A DNA stretch of 64,000 nt, from assembly GCA_018780435.1 (NCBI GenBank), contig JADMJS010000204.1, positions 9,957 through 73,956 of the forward strand, given 5' to 3'. The position numbers and the translations under genes are program-made. Positions 60,077 to 64,000 of this stretch are shown here, piece by piece (positions within the stretch are counted from its first letter, which is position 1; each line of letters begins with the position of its first letter). Source of the stretch: Myxococcales bacterium. GTDB lineage: Bacteria; Myxococcota_A; UBA9042; GCA-2863065. The notes below the pieces were generated by a model. That model searched no databases. It was not told the DNA's origin and saw only the letters and a program-made list of their open reading frames with translations.

Positions 60077-63000
60077 ATGCGTCCTCTGAAAGCCCTGCTC
60101 TGCTCGATTTCCCTTATTACTCTCGTGGCTTGCGGGCAGGACTCCGCGCCCGGCGCTGCGGCCGATGGCTCGGACGGGTCGGATGGCTCCGATGGCGCCG
60201 ACTCTGGCTACGACAGTACCGATGGCGCCACGGACGCCGCCGACGCGACCGACGGTTCCGACGGCCTCGACTACACCGACGGGACCACCCCCGATGAGCC
60301 GGGATCGTGCGAGCGGCTCGTCTGTCCGGCTGGGATGGCGTGCGACGGCGGGAGCTGCGTTCCGGATGGCGAAGTGCCCTGCCGGACCGCCATCGACGTG
60401 GACCTGCACCCGACCTTTGCGGTGGCCTCGCAGGCGGTCGCGGCCTGGGGGGATCGCGTGGTTGTCGCCACGGCGCTCGGGCTCGAGGTGTATGCGGCCG
60501 CGCCGACGCCCGACGAGACGCCGACGCCCGAGAGCTTCCTCGCGCTCGATGGCGTCGGACTCGACGTGGCCCTTTCGGGCGGGACCGCGGCCGTTGCGCA
60601 AGGTCCTGACGGCGTGACGCTGGTGGATCTCGAGACGATGGCGCCGCTCGGGCATGTCGGGAGCGCCGGGGCGGTGGGCGTGGCGCTGAACGCGGGTCGC
60701 CTCGCCATCGCCGAAGGGGCTTCCGTCTCCGTCTGGGACGTATCGGATGCAGCCGCCCCAGCCCTCGTGGCGCGTGTCGCTGTGAAGGCGGGTGGCGTCG
60801 CGCTCGCGGGTGACTGGCTGTACGTGGCGGCCCATCAGGAGGGTCTCGTCGCGGTCGACCTCACGACACCGGCCGCGCCGGTCGTGACCGATTCCATAGG
60901 GATTACAGGTCAGTACGTGGCCCCTGGCGACGCCGTCCGAGTGCGCGTCGCGGCCGGCCGCGCCTACGTGGCGGCGGGCTACGCCGGTCTGCGAATCTAC
61001 GATCTCGCGGACCCGGCCCACCCGGCCCCGCTCGGCGCGTACACCAAGGACTCGAGTGGGATCGTCGCGAGCGACGTGGCGGTCGATACCGAGGCCGGGA
61101 TGGCCTACGTCTCGGACTTCTGGACGCAGCTCCTCGTCATCGACGTCTCGGCGCCAGCCACGCCGTCAGTGCTCGGCAGCTACAATCAGTCGGGCTACAC
61201 GCACGGCGTCGCCGTCGCCGGAGGCCACGCCTGGGTGGTCGGCGACGACGTCGACGTGTTTCAAGTGGCTGCGGGCGTACCGACGCATGCGACGACTTTC
61301 GGCAACGCGGGCGTGCCGTACGGGTTCGCGACGACGGTCGGCATCGACGCCGCCGGCCACGTCTACTCGACCGAAGGCGCCGCCGGGCTGCGACGTTACG
61401 ACCCGGCGGAGGGTGGCGGCCTCACGCTCGGCTGGCTCTACGAGACCGCCGTCCCGAACGCGCGAGTCTCCTCTATCCACGTCGTGGGCGACCGCGCCTA
61501 TCTCGGGCTCGACACCACGCAACCCTTCGTGGTCTCGGGTGAGCTCGAAGTGCTCGACATCACGGGCGAACCGACTCGCCTCGGTAGCCTGAAGGTTCAA
61601 GGCATTGTCGCCGACGTCATCGAAGCGACACCCTCCCTGCTCTACGTCGCCGACGGCTCGCGGCTCCTGCTCGTGGACGTGACCGATCCGGCGACGCCCA
61701 AGACCACCTCGTGGGCTGGCGAATCGATGTCAGGCGTCGACCGCCTCGACTTCGACGGCGATGTCCTGGCCGTGACGCGCCGCTACCAAGGCGTGACCTT
61801 CTTCGACGTGTCGGACCCGTGGGCCCCCGTGGAGCTCGGAACCTGGGCGATGGAGGGCTATCAGCTCGACGTGGCGTTCCAGAACGGACTCGCGTACATC
61901 GGCGCGGGCGACGCTGTCGATGTCGTCTCGCCTGGCAAGACCCCCGCGCTCGTCTCGCGGTTCGCGCTCGGGGCGCCCGTCCGCGGTCTCGCGGCGTCGC
62001 AGGACCGGCTTTGGATTCTGTCGGGCGGGGAGATCCTGCTCGGCCGCCTCGGGACCGACCTCCCACTGACGCTCGAACACGCGGCGGTGAGCCCGGGCCG
62101 CTCCCCCATTGCCATCGCCGAGAGCGGCGGCCGGGTCGTCGTCACGGACCGCTACGAGCCCATCTCGCGCCTCACGGCGGGCTGCGTCGTGCCTCCGTCG
62201 CTCGTCGTCCCGCCGGGCGAACCCACCGCTTCGGTCCTCTTCGTCAACGTCGCCCACGGCGCCGCTTCTCTTGCGATAAAGGCCGGCGACAAGACGCTCT
62301 TGCCCGCACTCGGCTACCTCCAAGGCGACGAGCGCCTCGTACCGGCCGACGAGGACGTCACCGCGACCCTCGATGGCGCCACGGTCGCCGGCCCGCTCCC
62401 GGACGTCGACCGCGAGCTCGTGGTCCTCGCTGGCGACGCCGCCGCTCCCGTCACTATCCGCGCGGCCCGCCAGGGCATGCCGGCCGCGGGCATCGTGCGA
62501 CTGCGGGTCATTCACGCCGTCCCGGGCACCGCCGCCGCCGTCACCCTCCGCGCAGGCGACGTCTTCTGGGACACCGGCACGCTCGCCCTCGGCGACCACA
62601 GCGCCTCGATCGACCTGCCCGAAGGCCAACCCCTCGAGCTCTGGGCCGCGACGTCGGACGGGGGGCTCCTCGCCGCGCTCCCGCCCCTCGCCGGCAGCCA
62701 CAACTACGACCTGATCCTGACCAGCGGGGCGGACGGCGACCACTTCGTCGTCGTCCAGCGCGACGACGGGCCGACGATGCAGGCGGGACCCTCCAGTCAC
62801 ACCGCACGCCTTCGCGTGGCGAACCTCGCGCGCCGTGACGTGTCCATTACGCTCGAAGAAGAAGCCGACGTCGCGATCGGCAGCGTCGCGCCCTTCACGA
62901 CCGGAATGCTCGCCTCCCTCGGGAGCACCGACGTCGGGACGGTCTGGCCGGGCGCGCGCCACCTCGTGGTACGCGACCCCGAGTCGCAGGAGGTCTTGCT

Positions 63001-64000
63001 CTCGGCACCGACCGTGCTCCTCCAGCGCGGCGAGCAGTACACGTGGACCCTCTGGGAGCGGGACGACGGCTCGCTCGCCGCGACCCTCGTGGCCGACTTC
63101 ACCGGCCAGCAGACTGGGACCGGGACGTCCGAGCTGCAGCTCGTCCACGGCGCGGCGACTCTCAAGGGCGTCGACGTACGCCTCTACTTCCTCGACTCGG
63201 CAAATGAGCTCGGCGGTAGCATCGAGCTCGCAGACGGGCTCGAACGCGGCGCGGTCTCGGACCGGCTCTTCCCGAAGACCGGCTCTTACGCCGTTGGCCT
63301 CGATCTCGACCAGAACGGCGTCGTCGATCGCGTCTGGGACGTCGGCTACTTCCCCGACTACGGCATGAGCCTGTTCCTGGCGGTCGACGCGGCCGGACGC
63401 GTAAAGGTCGGCTCGCAGTCGCCCGCCGATGGCCCGATCTACTGGCGTTACGCCCGCGATGAACTGGCCAACGTTCGCGTCCTGAACCTCACGGGCAAGG
63501 ACGGCCTGACCGTCGCCCTTCCAACCTGGTACGAAGCCGAGCCGGAGGCCGAACCCGTCGGCAAGGACGCGTCGAGCCGCGTCCGGCAGGTGCTCGCTGG
63601 CGAGCAGAACGTCGTGCTCACGGAGCCCGCGACCGGGAAATCGTGGACCTGGACCGGCTCCCTCGAGGGCGAGAGCGCCCACACCATCGTGTTCTGGAAG
63701 ACGCCAGCGGGCCCCGTCGCCAGCTACCGCCTGCAGGACGCGCCGAGCGATGACAGTGGCTCGGCCATTCGTTTCGTGAACGCGAATCCGAATGGGCAAG
63801 TCGTTACGGCGTGGTTCGCCCACACGGAGAACGGGAACGGCGTCCTCCTGGGCTCCCCCGCCGCGGGCGACGCAACGGCGGCCTGGGACGCCGGCCCTGA
63901 AGGTGCGCTCTCGGGCGGCTGGATCCGGGTCGATCGCGACGGCGACGGCAACGCCGACCTGCGCTTCTCGCTTGGAAATGCACCATCTTACCGCGGCATC
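60077..64000 (+). CDS. large lipoprotein (partial, >1308 aa) with an LVIVD-repeat propeller and DUF4397-like repeats
   Basis: This ORF is NOT in the supplied track because it has no stop in the window. I translated it by eye from the ATG at 60077, which is preceded by GAGGTG, to the window end and found no stop codon. The lipobox 'LITLVAC' is followed by a (DGS)n linker. There are at least six LVIVD strands ('LLVIDVSAPATPSVLGSY', 'LRIYDLADPAHPAPLG', 'LLLVDVTDPATPK', 'VTFFDVSDPWAPVELG'). These are followed by repeats of the type 'LRVIHAVPGTAAAVTLRAGD', 'LQLVHGAATLKGVDVRLYF' and 'IRFVNANPNGQVV'. Confidence 0.85.
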   Translation, partial: MRPLKALLCSISLITLVACGQDSAPGAAADGSDGSDGSDGADSGYDSTDGATDAADATDGSDGLDYTDGTTPDEPGSCERLVCPAGMACDGGSCVPDGEVPCRTAIDVDLHPTFAVASQAVAAWGDRVVVATALGLEVYAAAPTPDETPTPESFLALDGVGLDVALSGGTAAVAQGPDGVTLVDLETMAPLGHVGSAGAVGVALNAGRLAIAEGASVSVWDVSDAAAPALVARVAVKAGGVALAGDWLYVAAHQEGLVAVDLTTPAAPVVTDSIGITGQYVAPGDAVRVRVAAGRAYVAAGYAGLRIYDLADPAHPAPLGAYTKDSSGIVASDVAVDTEAGMAYVSDFWTQLLVIDVSAPATPSVLGSYNQSGYTHGVAVAGGHAWVVGDDVDVFQVAAGVPTHATTFGNAGVPYGFATTVGIDAAGHVYSTEGAAGLRRYDPAEGGGLTLGWLYETAVPNARVSSIHVVGDRAYLGLDTTQPFVVSGELEVLDITGEPTRLGSLKVQGIVADVIEATPSLLYVADGSRLLLVDVTDPATPKTTSWAGESMSGVDRLDFDGDVLAVTRRYQGVTFFDVSDPWAPVELGTWAMEGYQLDVAFQNGLAYIGAGDAVDVVSPGKTPALVSRFALGAPVRGLAASQDRLWILSGGEILLGRLGTDLPLTLEHAAVSPGRSPIAIAESGGRVVVTDRYEPISRLTAGCVVPPSLVVPPGEPTASVLFVNVAHGAASLAIKAGDKTLLPALGYLQGDERLVPADEDVTATLDGATVAGPLPDVDRELVVLAGDAAAPVTIRAARQGMPAAGIVRLRVIHAVPGTAAAVTLRAGDVFWDTGTLALGDHSASIDLPEGQPLELWAATSDGGLLAALPPLAGSHNYDLILTSGADGDHFVVVQRDDGPTMQAGPSSHTARLRVANLARRDVSITLEEEADVAIGSVAPFTTGMLASLGSTDVGTVWPGARHLVVRDPESQEVLLSAPTVLLQRGEQYTWTLWERDDGSLAATLVADFTGQQTGTGTSELQLVHGAATLKGVDVRLYFLDSANELGGSIELADGLERGAVSDRLFPKTGSYAVGLDLDQNGVVDRVWDVGYFPDYGMSLFLAVDAAGRVKVGSQSPADGPIYWRYARDELANVRVLNLTGKDGLTVALPTWYEAEPEAEPVGKDASSRVRQVLAGEQNVVLTEPATGKSWTWTGSLEGESAHTIVFWKTPAGPVASYRLQDAPSDDSGSAIRFVNANPNGQVVTAWFAHTENGNGVLLGSPAAGDATAAWDAGPEGALSGGWIRVDRDGDGNADLRFSLGNAPSYRGI

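Noticed and set aside
60008-63823. Minus-strand ORFs 60008..61021 (337 aa) and 61730..63823 (697 aa), the only long ORFs the track offers here.
   Set aside because: They are antisense to the coherent, stop-free plus-strand lipoprotein ORF that starts at 60077. Their translations are Arg/Gly-rich with no domains.

Overview
The window is a very GC-rich chromosome segment: 73 of 100 nt are G+C in my hand count of 3001-3100. It has a strong Myxococcota flavour. Markers include a MYXO-CTERM-like sorting tail, an AgmX/PglI-type TonB-C domain, delta-60-like, LVIVD and choice-of-anchor-D-like repeats, Cys-rich secreted lipoproteins and a CotH kinase.

I call about 45 genes.
- Housekeeping genes: a Fur-family regulator, def-fmt, priA, hisD, class I fumarate hydratase, HIT, YceI, a VOC protein, a LysR regulator, a DNA-alkylation-repair protein, a TMEM175-like channel and a DnaJ-like protein.
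- Giant surface proteins: a 3575-aa adhesin-like protein, a 1386-aa Cys-rich lipoprotein with four MAM-like modules, and a >1308-aa LVIVD/DUF4397-like lipoprotein. The last one runs off the right edge and is absent from the ORF track.
- A tightly packed operon of three lipoproteins: a propeller-thioredoxin fusion, a lipase-like hydrolase and an HExxH peptidase.

Accessory or unusual content:
1. At the left edge (1-~2300) there is an islet of about 50% G+C. It carries a translationally coupled GIY-YIG nuclease gene and a DGQHR (DndB-like, ParB-fold) gene. This is my best candidate for an undescribed DNA-surveillance or defence module, but the locus is cut by the window edge.
2. A tandem duplication with a 667-bp offset copies the catalytic domain of a membrane class III nucleotide cyclase plus its 3' flank. 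This creates an orphan catalytic-domain ORF. The only coding differences at its 5' edge are synonymous.
3. An IS200/RAYT-like Y1 (HUH) transposase gene is bracketed by short CCGGAC-type repeats, with a nested tandem array at 31929-32145.
4. An intact AbrB-type vapB/vapC pair sits next to an AAA+/DUF4143 ATPase, and a separate truncated vapC relic lies elsewhere.

I could not support any rRNA, tRNA or CRISPR array. Many long ORFs in the track are antisense or alternate-frame artefacts of the high GC content.
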